In this document: positions 9,673-21,500 of the stretch, in pieces | Layout: every line of letters begins with the position of its first letter | Numbering within the stretch: position 1 is the stretch's first letter | Assembly (NCBI RefSeq): GCF_004152935.1 | Contig: NZ_SETE01000003.1 | Coordinates: 387,876-451,875, forward strand | Direction of reading: 5' to 3' | Length of the DNA: 64,000 nt | DNA from: Brumimicrobium glaciale | GTDB taxonomy: Bacteria > Bacteroidota > Bacteroidia > Flavobacteriales_D > Crocinitomicaceae | The notes under the pieces: generated by a model | Database searches by the model: none | What the model saw: only the letters and a program-made list of their open reading frames with translations | Told to the model about the DNA's origin: nothing | Made by a program: the position numbers and the translations under genes

Positions 9673-9867
9673 TTCTATGTTTATATACCAACTCAACATT
9701 CTAATAACTCATTAAAAAGATAAATTGGTATTGGTTCAACATTGAGATGCGGAAGGAGTAAAAATTCCATAAATTAATTTGAAATAGTTGTGAAACAGCT
9801 TGACTGAATAACTATAGACTATAAGTGTCATCGGTTCATTTGAGAATAAAATTCTATATCTAGCGAA

Positions 9868-10020
9868 ATATTTAGATGTTAGATTTTAGATGTTTGTCAA
9901 AAGACAAAAAGTCTAACATACAAAATCTATTGTTTGGTTTAAAAATTTTTAGAAGCTAAAGCTAGATGCATTAAAGCGCATATTTTCAACTATTTATGAG
10001 ATCAATAAAGGGCGTATTGG
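9868..10020. repeat. Intergenic repeat family A, copy 1 (hairpin-rich element; other copies at 30206..30436 and 30437..30665)
   Basis: Shares the tagattttaga...gtctaac...aaatcta hairpin module and the tttagaagctaaagctag...caataaa core with the two tandem copies near 30.3 kb. Confidence 0.6.
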
Positions 10021-10076
10021 ACTTCGACGCTGTTCAGCCACTTCCATCCATACATTCAAGCTTTTAAAAAAAAACA

Positions 10077-10994
10077 TTAGCTAATTTTCTTTTTCCCCCT
10101 AACTTTCATCAAGAGTTTAGAGAAATTAATATTATCGAAAATCAATCCTACCACTATAAAAATAAGACCTGCAATTGTGGAAACGAGGATGGTTTCGCCG
10201 AGAACAAAATAAATTACGATTAGAGAAAGGAAAGGAACCAAGTAGATGAATTTACTCACTTTAGCGGTGTGTGTTGACTTTTTTAAGGCCAGTGACCAAA
10301 TAACGAAGGTAATTCCCATTTCAAAAAAACCAACATAAGCAGCAGCAGAAAAGTATTTTAGAGAGAATTTAGGGAACTCAGAAAAAACAAAAAGAAAAAT
10401 TGTAATGTACACCATTCCAAAAAGGAAATTAAGAAACAGTTTCCCGATTTCGTCTCGTTTATCCTTAATATTATAAATCCAAAAAAGAGCCCAAATTACC
10501 GCTGAAAGTAAACCAAGCAAAGCGCCAAAAGGATTACTAAATGTAAATCCTAGAATATCTCCTTTTGTTGAAATCACGAGTACACCAATGAAACTGATGA
10601 ATATTGCAACGAAATTCTTTACTGTTATTTTCTGTCCTAAAATAGGAATAGAGAGTAAAGTCATCATGATAGGCCAAGTATAATTTAAAGGTTGCGCTTC
10701 TTGCGCTGGCAATAGTGAATAGGCTTTAAAAAGAACGATATAATACAAAAATGGATTGACCAGCCCGAAAACGGCCGATTTTAAATAAGCTTTTCTTTCA
10801 TATTGGAATACATCCTTTAGCTTATTCTGAAAAACCAGAATAAAAAACAAAGAGATTAAAGAACAGGAAATAGCCAGAAAAAGCAATTGCAAATAATCAA
10901 AATAGCCCAATGACAACTTCATTGCTGAAGCGACGGTACTCCATAAAATTACAGCAATTATGGCGTATAGATATGCTTTGTTTTGATCTTTCAT
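10077..10994 (-). CDS. EamA/DMT-family transporter
   Basis: 305 aa with ten predicted TM helices and the duplicated EamA-like halves. Confidence 0.7.
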   Translation of the reverse strand: MKDQNKAYLYAIIAVILWSTVASAMKLSLGYFDYLQLLFLAISCSLISLFFILVFQNKLKDVFQYERKAYLKSAVFGLVNPFLYYIVLFKAYSLLPAQEAQPLNYTWPIMMTLLSIPILGQKITVKNFVAIFISFIGVLVISTKGDILGFTFSNPFGALLGLLSAVIWALFWIYNIKDKRDEIGKLFLNFLFGMVYITIFLFVFSEFPKFSLKYFSAAAYVGFFEMGITFVIWSLALKKSTHTAKVSKFIYLVPFLSLIVIYFVLGETILVSTIAGLIFIVVGLIFDNINFSKLLMKVRGKKKIS

Positions 10995-11094
10995 ATTATA
11001 GTTTTAAGAAGCATAAGCAAGGGCGTTTTGCAAAACGCCCATACTTAATACTTCTTAAAAAGTACTCCGATGAAATGAGTTCAGTAACCTCTCA

Positions 11095-12048
11095 CTACCC
11101 CTCACCTTTTTCTCTTTTCTTTCTGTTCTCCTCATCAACTCTTTTCATTGTTTCACCAATTTGGTTTGACGCTGTAAACGAAGCCACCATATTGTTCAAC
11201 ATATCACTACCCGCTTGTGGCGAGTTTGGAAGTAAGATAAGATTAGAATTTGTTTCTTCTCCAAGAGATTGTAGCGTATCGTAATGTTGTGTTACCACGA
11301 TTAAAGCCGAAGCTTCTTGAGAATTAATTCCCACTTTGTTTAAGACATCAACACTTTCAACTAAACCTCTTGCGATTTCTCTTCTTTGATCTGCAATACC
11401 TTGACCTTGTAATCTTTTACTTTCTGCTTCTGCACGTGCTTTAGCTACAATTTTAATTCTTTCTGCTTCTGCTTCAAATTCAGCCGCTACTTTTTCACGT
11501 TCCGAAGCATTAATTCTGTTCATTGAAATTTTAACTTGCTCGTCTGGATCAATGTCTGTTACCAAAGTTTTGATAATATCGAATCCATAATCCTGCATCG
11601 CTTCGTTTAATTCTGATTTTACAGCATTTGCAACGTCGTCTTTACGCTCAAATACATTGTCTAATACCATTTTTGGAACTTCAGCACGTACAACATCAAA
11701 AACGTAAGATGTAATTTGAGATTGTGGATTTTCAAGCTTGTAGAAAGCTTCATAAACCTTGTCTTTCATTACTTGAAATTGAACAGAAACTTTTAAACGT
11801 ACAAAAACATCATCTTTGGTTTTTGTTTCAATGATTACATCCAACTGCTGGATTTTTAAATTGATTCGTCCAGCTACTTTATCTATCAAAGGAATTTTGA
11901 GTTGTAAACCTGAATCTCTAACCGATTGAAATTTACCAAAACGCTCCATAATTGCAGCAGTTTGTTGTTTTACGAGGAAAAATATGCCGTAAATCAAGAA
12001 AATGACAATGGCAAGGATGATCACATTGGAAATTGGAAATTCGTTCAT
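11095..12048 (-). CDS. SPFH/band-7 (stomatin/prohibitin-like) membrane protein
   Basis: 317 aa. N-terminal TM, an SPFH core, and a coiled C-terminal region rich in A/E/R. Confidence 0.75.
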   Translation of the reverse strand: MNEFPISNVIILAIVIFLIYGIFFLVKQQTAAIMERFGKFQSVRDSGLQLKIPLIDKVAGRINLKIQQLDVIIETKTKDDVFVRLKVSVQFQVMKDKVYEAFYKLENPQSQITSYVFDVVRAEVPKMVLDNVFERKDDVANAVKSELNEAMQDYGFDIIKTLVTDIDPDEQVKISMNRINASEREKVAAEFEAEAERIKIVAKARAEAESKRLQGQGIADQRREIARGLVESVDVLNKVGINSQEASALIVVTQHYDTLQSLGEETNSNLILLPNSPQAGSDMLNNMVASFTASNQIGETMKRVDEENRKKREKGEG

Positions 12049-12411
12049 AGCTATTAGTTTTGAACGAATTTACAATAAAGAAGTTAATAAACGATTAAAA
12101 CAAATAGGTTTGGTTAGATATGGACCTAACTTTTACATTTCAATAATTCCGTGTAATTAAATCACCTATAATGTTCCCGAAACATTAAGTCATTTATATG
12201 ACATTACAGTAAGCGCTGTATTGAAACGCTGACATTAGTCCCTTATTTTAATCGGAATGACGCTGATCTCTTCCCTCAGATTTTGCGCAGATTCAAATAA
12301 TGAAAAGTCTTGCAGGTCGATTGTCGGAGAAACTATAGATAATTCAATAAGATTATAAAAATAAGAACCTCCCTCTCGTTCTCGCTCCAAAGCAAGAAAT
12401 GAAAAAAAATA

Positions 12412-14250
12412 TTACAAACCTTGCATGGTACTCAACTTGTGATACAAACCATTTTTAGCAAAAAGTTCTTCATGCGTTCCGCGTTCGGCAATTTCACCTT
12501 TACTCAAAACCAAGATTAAATCGGCATTTTTAATGGTGCTTAAACGGTGAGCAATAACCAAGGAAGTTCGATTTTTCATTAAATTATCTAAAGCATCTTG
12601 AACCAATTTTTCGCTTTCTGTATCTAAAGCAGAAGTTGCTTCATCCAAAATCATGATGGGTGGATTTTTCAAAACTGCACGGGCAATACTCACTCGTTGT
12701 TTTTGACCTCCAGATAATTTGTTTCCACGTTCACCAATGTTCGTGTGGTAGCCATCTTCCATTGCAGAGATAAAATCATGCGCATTGGCTATTTTGGCTG
12801 CTTCCATCACTTCCTCTTCAGTTACATTGTTCATCCCAAAAGCGATGTTATTGAAAACCGTATCGTTAAACAGAATAGATTCTTGATTTACAATTCCTAC
12901 TTGATCACGTAAATCATGTACTGTAAATTGATTGATATTGGTTCCGTCATAAGTGATTTCACCCGAAGTAACATCATAGAATCGTGGAAGTAAATCAGCG
13001 ATAGTTGACTTCCCACTTCCAGATTCACCCACTAATGCAACAGTTTTTCCTTTCAGTAATTCGAAGTTCAAATGCTGCAAAACCATTTCTGTTTGATAAG
13101 AAAAAGATACGTTTTTAAATACAATCCCTTTTTCTAATGGATGAATAGCTGCTGGATGAACTGGATCAAGAATTTTCTCATCCGCTGATAAAATCTCTTC
13201 TATTCTTTCCTGACTCGCTTTTGCTTTACTCAGGTTCGCGCTATTCTTAGCTATATTCTGAACTGGAACTAACAATTGAGAGAATACGATAATGAATCCG
13301 ATAAACTCTTTCCCTGTGAAACCATCTCCAGCTGCTCCATCAAGAATCATTGAACCACCGTACCACACAATACCAATCATAACCAAAGCACCCAAAAACT
13401 CATTTAATGGCGAAGAAACATCTCTTTTTCTAAATGCACGCGTAGTTAATCTTTGGTGGTGTAAATTTATTGCTGCGAATTTTCTCACTGACTCATCCGT
13501 TGCATTGAATGCTTTTACAATTCTAATTCCTCCAAGGTATTCATCTAAAAATGAAAACAAAACACCCAATTGCTTTTGTCCTTTACTAGCAGTTCTTTTT
13601 AAACTTTTCCCTATTTGAGTAATGATTAAAGCAGAAACGGGCAGTAAAATAAAAGAGAAAAGTGTTAAAGCTGGACTCCAATAAACCAATACACTTACTG
13701 TAATGATTACAGATAAAGGATCTCTAAAAATCAATTCTAAAACAGCTACAACTGCAACTTCGATTTCATTGACATCGTTATTCATTCGTGACATCAAATC
13801 TCCTTTTTTCTCTTCTGTAAAGAATGAAATTGGCAATCCCATTGATTTTTTAAAGAGTTGATCTCGGTAATCTCTTACCACTGCCATTCTTAATTGGGAT
13901 TGATGGTAAATGGCCAGGTAACGGAATAAACTTTTAAAGAAAAACGCAATAACGACAGTTACACAAACAAAAAACAAAGCATGTTTTGGATCATTTTGCG
14001 CCATTGAAGTCATGAAATAATTGTAATAATTACTTAAAAACTCAATATAAGCTGAAATCCCGTCGTTTTCTAAAATTGGCTTACTCACTATTTCAACTTC
14101 TTCAGAAGGGAAAATAACTTGTAAAAAAGGTACAAAAAGCACCAATGAAAGAAGATTGAAAATGACATATAAGAAGTTAAAAACAATAGTAGCTATTGCT
14201 CTCGCTTTGTAAATAAATGTCGCTCTGAATATAGTCGATAATTGTTTCAT
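12412..14250 (-). CDS. ABC transporter, fused permease/ATPase (MsbA-like exporter)
   Basis: 612 aa. Six-TM ABC transmembrane domain, then Walker A GESGSGKST, signature LSGGQKQR, and Walker B ILDEATSALD. Confidence 0.85.
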   Translation of the reverse strand: MKQLSTIFRATFIYKARAIATIVFNFLYVIFNLLSLVLFVPFLQVIFPSEEVEIVSKPILENDGISAYIEFLSNYYNYFMTSMAQNDPKHALFFVCVTVVIAFFFKSLFRYLAIYHQSQLRMAVVRDYRDQLFKKSMGLPISFFTEEKKGDLMSRMNNDVNEIEVAVVAVLELIFRDPLSVIITVSVLVYWSPALTLFSFILLPVSALIITQIGKSLKRTASKGQKQLGVLFSFLDEYLGGIRIVKAFNATDESVRKFAAINLHHQRLTTRAFRKRDVSSPLNEFLGALVMIGIVWYGGSMILDGAAGDGFTGKEFIGFIIVFSQLLVPVQNIAKNSANLSKAKASQERIEEILSADEKILDPVHPAAIHPLEKGIVFKNVSFSYQTEMVLQHLNFELLKGKTVALVGESGSGKSTIADLLPRFYDVTSGEITYDGTNINQFTVHDLRDQVGIVNQESILFNDTVFNNIAFGMNNVTEEEVMEAAKIANAHDFISAMEDGYHTNIGERGNKLSGGQKQRVSIARAVLKNPPIMILDEATSALDTESEKLVQDALDNLMKNRTSLVIAHRLSTIKNADLILVLSKGEIAERGTHEELFAKNGLYHKLSTMQGL

Positions 14251-14304
14251 TCATCGCAAATATAGGATTTTTTCAAGTTTAAAGAGTAGACAAAAAGTTA
14301 TTAA

Positions 14305-14348
14305 TGATAAACGTAGAAACGCAATGCATTGCGTCTCTACGTTTATCA
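14305..14348. promoter_or_regulatory. 44-nt near-perfect palindrome in the divergent region between the ABC exporter and rbfA
   Basis: tgataaacgtagaaacgcaatg|cattgcgtctctacgtttatca, with one mismatched pair. Sits between the two divergent start codons at 14250 and 14394. Confidence 0.4.
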
Positions 14349-14393
14349 TAAAATGCATTCATACAATATCTAAATTATCACTACTTTTGCACT

Positions 14394-14729
14394 ATGGGTA
14401 CAATAAGACAAAACAAAATTGAGAAAGTCATTCAGGAGGAAGTTTCTAAAGTTTTCCAACAGAATGCGCGCGAATTGTGCATGGGAGCAATGGTTACAGC
14501 AACTGTGGTTCGTGTAACTCCGGATTTGAGCTTGGCTCGTGTATATTTAAGTATTTTTGCTGGTCCACCAAAGGAGGAAGTATTGCAAAACATACAGATT
14601 AACAAAGGAAAAATTCGTGGTGACGTTGGAAGAAGATTAAAAGATATGCGTCATATTCCTGATTTAGAATTCTTCATTGATGATTCATTGGATTACGCTG
14701 AAAAAATCGATGAATTGTTAAAGAAATAA
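14394..14729 (+). CDS. rbfA: Ribosome-binding factor A
   Basis: 111 aa of RbfA-like sequence and size, with conserved rbfA-FtsX-like permease synteny as seen in Bacteroidota. Confidence 0.75.
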   Translation: MGTIRQNKIEKVIQEEVSKVFQQNARELCMGAMVTATVVRVTPDLSLARVYLSIFAGPPKEEVLQNIQINKGKIRGDVGRRLKDMRHIPDLEFFIDDSLDYAEKIDELLKK

Positions 14730-14733
14730 GTCT

Positions 14734-15945
14734 ATGAATGTTGCTCGATTCATAGCACGAAGGTACTTTAAAGCTAAAAAATCTCGAAATGTAATTAACC
14801 TCATCACTATGATTAGTGTTGTGGGAATTGCTATTTCTACTGCTGCTTTGGTGATTTTACTTTCTGCATTTAATGGAATTGAGCAAATGGTTATAAAATT
14901 GTACAGCGATTTTGATCCATCGATCAGTATTCGTTCTGCAAAAGCAAAAACCTTTAATCAAGGCTTTATAGATTTAGAGAAAATTAAAGCGGTTGAAGGG
15001 GTTCAAAATACATCGCGTGCCATTGAGGAAGTCATCATTTTAAAACATGAAGACAAATGGGTTCATGCTGAAATGGTTGGTGTAGACACCAGTTTTTTAA
15101 CCATGTCTAAGATGAAAGACCACCTTGTGGATGGTATTCCAACTTTGTATATCAACAATAAACCGCAAGCCATTTTTGGAGCATATTTGTTAGATAAATT
15201 GGGCGGTTACATTCCGATGTCTGATCATATTCAAGAACAAATCACGTTTAATGTTCCTTTACGAGAAGCAAAACTACGCCCAGGAAAAAACCCTTTGAAT
15301 GTGCGTGTTGTTAGTGTTTCCTCTCGCATGAATTTCAACAGAGAAGTCAACGCTGAAAAAGCAGTTATTCCTTATGAATTGGCCAATGAACTGCTAGAAT
15401 ACGGAGAAGATATTACGGCAATGTATGTTGATGTGAATGACGATTACAATCTAAATTCGGTCAAAAAAGAGATCCAAAATGTTGTAGGAGATGATTTTGA
15501 AGTAAAAACTAACTTTGAAAAGAATGAGTTGATTTTCAAAACAAGTCAATCCGAACGCCTAATAGTTTACTTCATTTTGGTGTTTATTTTTATTCTGGCT
15601 TCTTTCAATCTCATTGCTTCTATTGCGATGCTTTTTGTTGAGAAAAAGTCAGACATTACCACACTTTATGGATTAGGAGCAACAAAAAGCACCATTTTCA
15701 ACATCTTCTTCTTTGAAGGATTAATGATTGTGGGAAGAGGAATTGTTTTCGGATTAATAATCGGTTATTTTGTGACCTTCTCACAAATCTATCTCGGCTT
15801 AGTAGCAATGCCAAGCGCACCTGGAGAAAGTTTCCCGATGGTGACCACTTGGTCTGATGCATTTATGATTATTTCATCAGTGACTGTTTTAGGACTGATC
15901 GTTTCTTATTTCCCAACGAAGGTTTTGATTCGTAGACACGAATGA
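14734..15945 (+). CDS. FtsX-like ABC transporter permease (LolC/E-like)
   Basis: 403 aa. N-terminal TM, a large periplasmic loop, and a C-terminal FtsX 3-TM bundle. Confidence 0.7.
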   Translation: MNVARFIARRYFKAKKSRNVINLITMISVVGIAISTAALVILLSAFNGIEQMVIKLYSDFDPSISIRSAKAKTFNQGFIDLEKIKAVEGVQNTSRAIEEVIILKHEDKWVHAEMVGVDTSFLTMSKMKDHLVDGIPTLYINNKPQAIFGAYLLDKLGGYIPMSDHIQEQITFNVPLREAKLRPGKNPLNVRVVSVSSRMNFNREVNAEKAVIPYELANELLEYGEDITAMYVDVNDDYNLNSVKKEIQNVVGDDFEVKTNFEKNELIFKTSQSERLIVYFILVFIFILASFNLIASIAMLFVEKKSDITTLYGLGATKSTIFNIFFFEGLMIVGRGIVFGLIIGYFVTFSQIYLGLVAMPSAPGESFPMVTTWSDAFMIISSVTVLGLIVSYFPTKVLIRRHE

Positions 15946-16010
15946 TTTAATGTTTAATGGTTAATTATTAATGTTTAACGAGGGTTGTTTTTAATTGTTA
16001 ATTTTTAGCG
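15946..16010. repeat. Intergenic repeat family B, copy 2
   Basis: Contains the exact 16-mer ttaatgtttaacgagg and aatggttaa motifs also found at 5686..5750. Confidence 0.6.
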
Positions 16011-16336
16011 AAGGTTCGTATTGAATTTCTACTGTTTAGAAATTGAGGTTGTTACTCAATTGTGGAGTTTTAATCTAATTGATTTCACCTTCGCGTACGC
16101 GTTGAATAATGGTCTCCTCCAACTGAAGGATGACACGACTATGATGGGTTTGGGTTGAAAAACGTGGATTAAAAAATCCTCTCCCTCAGTCCCTCTCCAA
16201 AGAGGGAAGTGCTTCGAATCAAGCTTTTGCCATATAAGAAGAGACTCCTCAATCTTATAGTTGTAAGCAATTAGCGGCTTAACTCAGCAATCCAATGAGA
16301 AACAATATCAATGATTTTATCAGTAGCCCAAAATTA

Positions 16337-18310
16337 TCAATTGTCAATTAACTGAACGAATCCAGATTTATCAACATCTTCGCCAGTAATAGTTTTGGCT
16401 TTTATGACATAGAAAAATGTTCCGTTGGTAATTTTATTGCCTTTTTTATCTGTTCCATCCCATTTGAAATCAGGAGTATCGAATTCACGAACTAAATTTC
16501 CCCAGCGATTTACGATCACACATTCTAGTTGTTGAATTCCTTCGAAAGAGATCAGTTTAAAGTAATCGTTAATACCATCAGAATTTGGTGTAAAAACGTT
16601 GGGTACTTCAACATCACAATTGGGATTCACTGAGATAAAAACAGAATCTAAATCTGATTTACATCCTCCAACATTTGCTTGTACATAAAAGTAGCTAGAT
16701 TCTGAAGGTGACAACATCTGACTCGCCCCAATCAAATTATTTGGAAACCATGTGAATTCAGAATTGGGAATCGATGAAACAGCCACTAAGTTTGCTTCAT
16801 CACCTAAGCATAAGTTAACACTGTCTGGTAAAGAAACAAGTGGCTTTTCGCCTAAAACGAGTTGAATGGAATCTATTTCCGTTCCACAAACTGGATGTGT
16901 TCCTTCAAGATATACCCAGCCAATATCAGCAATGGTAGTACTTAAAACTGGAGTTGTTTCGTTTCTTGGTAACCATAAAAAATCAGTTTCAGTTAGATTA
17001 GAGATGGCTTGTAAACTGTTTTGGTCGCCTTCACAAAAAACGGTATTTCCTTCAATTTCAACTTCTAATTCCTCCAGTACAGTCATTTCAAATTCAGCTG
17101 TTGCTACACATCCTTGTGGACTAGTTGCTGTTACTTCATAAATTGTTGTTGTACTTGGCGCAACTGTAATTGTAGCTAGTGTTAAATTATTATTCGTCCA
17201 TAAAAAATCTGTTTGTGGAATTGAAGAAATAACTTTAATTAATCCTGCTGTACCCTCACATATAACCGAATCACCTTCAAATGTAAGAACCGGTAAAGGA
17301 TTAACATTTACGACAACCGTTCCTGTGTTCGATATACAACCGTTTGCATCTTCTCCCACTACAGTATAAGACGTTGTTGCGTTTGGAGAAACATTAATTG
17401 TAGCTCCTGCTCCACCTGGCGTCCAAGTATAAGTCATATTTGAAGACACAGAACTTGCTGTAATATCAACATTATCTCCCTCACAAATGGTTTGTGCTGA
17501 ATTCACTTGAATTACAGGGTTTGGTGGAATTGTAACAGTAACTTGATCAGTATAAGTACAAACTGGTCGAAAAGAGATATCATCAATTGAAAAGTCATTT
17601 CCACCTCCAGAACTATTCAAATTAGTAATACAAATATCAATTGATGTATTGGCTCCGGAATTCCATACTTCAAAAAATTGATTCCATGTACATGCATTCG
17701 TTGCCGTTGAAAATGGTGTTCCTAATGTGGTTCCGTTTATAGAAAATTGAAGTTGTGCAACATTTGGATCATTTAAAGCATTGGCTGCCCAAGTACTAAA
17801 CTGATAGTTCGTATTGGGGGAGACATTTACAGTCTGACACCAAACATTTGTTCCTGGAATATCAGCACCGTTAACAACCATCATATTTCCAGTTCCGGTA
17901 GTATGGTCTGGACAAGAGCTAAAGTTATTGTGAGCATTGCTTGGAGAAGTAGTTATGGCATAAGTACCAGGATTTGAAAGCAATCCATAAGTACCGCCTG
18001 GAACACCAAGTGTATAACCAGTTGTAAAACCAGTATTTCCTGCTGAAAAATCTCCATTTACTACTATTTCTGGTCCCAAATCAGTCGCAAAACAGCTATA
18101 CGTTCCTGATGTAGAAACTGTAATAGAAGATTGAGAAGATCCTGTACTCCAAGCATAACTATCTAGTCCTTGATTGGCTTGAAGTGTATACGTTTGACCA
18201 CAAAGTAATGTTGAATCATTTCCGATAGAGAAGTTAATGTTACAAGGACTTTGGGCTTGCAGTGTAAAAACACAAAACAATAGGGCGACTAAAAGGAATA
18301 TTGATTTCAT
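16337..18310 (-). CDS. T9SS cargo / adhesin-like protein: CBM-like N-terminal beta-sandwich, Ig-like repeats, type-B C-terminal sorting domain (gliding-motility-associated CTD)
   Basis: 657 aa with a signal peptide. C-terminal motif PNVFTPNSDGINDYF...RWGNLV. The N-terminal ~230 aa, ending NDFSIDDISF, is paralogous to the N-terminus of 23577..25880. Confidence 0.75.
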   Translation of the reverse strand: MKSIFLLVALLFCVFTLQAQSPCNINFSIGNDSTLLCGQTYTLQANQGLDSYAWSTGSSQSSITVSTSGTYSCFATDLGPEIVVNGDFSAGNTGFTTGYTLGVPGGTYGLLSNPGTYAITTSPSNAHNNFSSCPDHTTGTGNMMVVNGADIPGTNVWCQTVNVSPNTNYQFSTWAANALNDPNVAQLQFSINGTTLGTPFSTATNACTWNQFFEVWNSGANTSIDICITNLNSSGGGNDFSIDDISFRPVCTYTDQVTVTIPPNPVIQVNSAQTICEGDNVDITASSVSSNMTYTWTPGGAGATINVSPNATTSYTVVGEDANGCISNTGTVVVNVNPLPVLTFEGDSVICEGTAGLIKVISSIPQTDFLWTNNNLTLATITVAPSTTTIYEVTATSPQGCVATAEFEMTVLEELEVEIEGNTVFCEGDQNSLQAISNLTETDFLWLPRNETTPVLSTTIADIGWVYLEGTHPVCGTEIDSIQLVLGEKPLVSLPDSVNLCLGDEANLVAVSSIPNSEFTWFPNNLIGASQMLSPSESSYFYVQANVGGCKSDLDSVFISVNPNCDVEVPNVFTPNSDGINDYFKLISFEGIQQLECVIVNRWGNLVREFDTPDFKWDGTDKKGNKITNGTFFYVIKAKTITGEDVDKSGFVQLIDN

Positions 18311-18493
18311 AATTTTTAAAATATCTGGTTATTAAAATTAATTTAATAGTTATTGTTAGACGAGATGAAAGGCTAAATAGTTGTTTTGCTTTTCACATTA
18401 ATATGCCAAATTCTAACTAATAAAGAACAGTTTAAACTATTGAAAGTAAAGGCATCTCGATAAACATAATCAGCTTTAGTTTCATAATCTAAG

Positions 18494-18531
18494 GTATAAA
18501 AAAAGTGATGGATGAAATGCATCCACCACTT
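18494..18531 (-). terminator. Rho-independent terminator downstream of the 1015-aa T9SS gene
   Basis: On the minus strand: stem agtggtggatgcatttcatccatcact followed by ttttttta. Confidence 0.65.
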
Positions 18532-18540
18532 TTAAAAAAT

Positions 18541-21500
18541 TTATTGAACAATCAGTTTTACAACTTCAGTTTTATTTGCATCTGTAATATGAGCAAAGAA
18601 TACACCTTTACTCCAATTGTTTACATCTATTTTCACAGTTGAATTAATTTCTCCTAAATCAGAAACAACTTTTCCGTTTACATCAAATATTACAACATTT
18701 GCTTTAGCAGTATTCCCTAATTCGATAGTGATAAAATCGCTACTTGGATTAGGATAAATTCTCAAAGCTTCTTCGCTGTTTTCATCTGTTAGACCAACAG
18801 TTGTCGTAATATTCACTGAATTTGTAATGGTTGTATCTCCACAATCGTTTGAAACAACAACTGTAGCTGTATACACTCCTTTATCATCGTAAATATGACT
18901 TATGTTTCCTGATGTATTTGAATCGGTATTTCCATCTCCAAAGTCCCAAGCATAAGCATACCCATTTTGAGCATTTTGAACATTGAATAACGTAACTCCA
19001 GATGGGTGATAAACTACTTCTAACATTCCCACATTTGGAACGTCATTTACAGTAACAATTGTTGAACCCAAACCTGTACATCCTAACGTATCGGTAACTT
19101 GAACAACATAAGCACCTGACTGATTAACAGCATAAGTTTGCGTTACAACACTTGTTCCATTCCATACATAAGTTGAAGTTACATTTCCAGCATCTAAAAC
19201 TACAGAATCACCTTCACAAATTGTATAATCACCTCCTAAGTCTACAATTGGATTAGTGTTATTTAAAACAATAGTCTGAACCATTTTCTGACAGTTACTT
19301 GTAGAATCCTTTCTCATCCACAAATAGTAAGTTCCAGGAGCTAAACTATCAAATTCTTTACCCGCTTGCCATTTTGTTGGTTGATTTGTTGAAGATGTTG
19401 TAATACCAAACTCATATTGTCCAGCAGAGATTTTTAAGTTTTTAAGCGCATGTCTATTTGCATCACCACCCGTTTGAGCACTAAAACAATGTTTCCAATT
19501 GCTAACATCTTCAGTTATATAAGCAGCAGGCAATGCAACATTATCAAAAATAAGAACACCATTCACCATCAAAGAAAGTGCGCCATTTTCAATACTAATA
19601 TCAACAGGAACATCAGCTTGATTTTTCCAACTACTCAGGTCAGCATTATAAGCTAATGTAGTCAGATCTCCAGGAGCAGGAGCATTAGTATTTTGTTTTC
19701 CATAAACTAAATAAACACCTGCTGAATTCGAGCCGTTATCCGCAGAGTCAAAGCTCAATCTTAATTTAGAACCACGTCCATTATTTATGTTACTGTTCGA
19801 AACATTAATGTCATCTGCAAAAGAATAAGCAATACCATCTGCTCCACCTGTTCCGTATGTGTTAATTGGTAAATCAACAGTCAGGTCAAAAGAGATTTGC
19901 ATTGAATTATCACTTCCTAAAACTTGATTCGTTGGTGAAATAACCAAAGATCCATTATTTCCAGTTGCAGAAGGTGTAATTACAGCCATTCCATTTGTCA
20001 AACTTGTGTTTCCTACAACAACAAGGTCAGCTGTATTAGAAGGATCAGAAAAATCATTTTCGAAAATTATTGAACCAGTACTTTGACCGAAATCATTATT
20101 TGCTTGAATTGATCCACCTAAATTTACACAGTTGTAATCTACTACATTTACTTCTGTACCGAAACCAACAGTTATAGTTTTAACCGTAGATTCATTTTCA
20201 ACAGAAGAACACTCAGTTGATCTGATTTTATATTTGATTTTATAAACTGAATCTACTGGAGCATTAATTGCATAAGTATTAGTAGTACCCCAAGCAGCTA
20301 ATGTAACGTTGTTTTCATCCAAGAAAGTATATTCCCAAGCAGCTGTACCTGCTAAACTTGGTAGATTTATAACTTCAAAATTAATAATCGCTGGAGCACT
20401 GCATAAACCACTCGCATTGTAAGTGAAATCTGTAATTACTTTATCAATAGGACTTACTATTACTGTTTCAACGGCTGTACATCCGTTTATTGAAGTTCCT
20501 GTCACTTCATACGTTGTAACATCAGTAGGAGAAGCAGTAACAATTGCAGTATTAGAATTTGATAATCCAGCACTTGGTGACCAAGAATATGTATTTGCAC
20601 CACTAGCCATTATAGCAGCAGGATTACCTCCACAGAATGCGATATCTTGAAAATTCACGGTTAAAGGTGGCGCAGAACTAACTGTTATTGTCTCCACTCC
20701 TGTTAGGATTTCAGTATTATTAGCTAAACATGTTGCTTTTACTCTAATATCAGTCGTTTGAGCCAAACTAGACTCGTAATATGTTGAATCTGAATTTGCG
20801 AAATCAACCCAATTACCATTGTCTAGTTTTTGCCATTGATATACTAATCCATTCACATAAAACAATTCATCAAAAGTTCCATTAAACAACTCATTATCAC
20901 AAAGCGAAGATTGTGCTAATGTCATGTTATAAGGTCCTGTAAAAGCTTGACTTTGACAGTCAACATAATTGATGTGTTGAAATTTAATTTTTGGTACACT
21001 TTGATATAAATTTTGTGCCACCGGTGGAGTTTGTAAACTTGGAATGTTAAAATCATTATAGGTTCTCATAGAACGATTTCCTGTAACAGGGTATGTACCC
21101 CATTGAATTTGGCTGCCGGTATAACCAGGAGACTGATCACGGACTCCTACTACAATATTAGAAACACCATCCCATAAAAAAGTAGAATCTAATTCTATTT
21201 CCATCCATCCATTTGCACCATTTGCAGTAACCGTTCCGTTATAAAGCGTTTCTAGATTAGCAAAAGCTTCCCAATCATTTCCATCTTGAAAAGCTGTTTT
21301 ACTCGTTTGTCCAATTAAAATTGTCCAATTATCAGTGCTAACAACGTTTCCCGACACATTTAAAAAACTTAATTTACTTATTTCAGTGGGAACACCTTGA
21401 ACTGCGGGTAAAAATTCTGAGGCTAAGTAAATACTTTGACTATAACTATAGCCATAATATGAATATACTGGAATATTGGCGTTCTGACCTGTTCCTTGAT

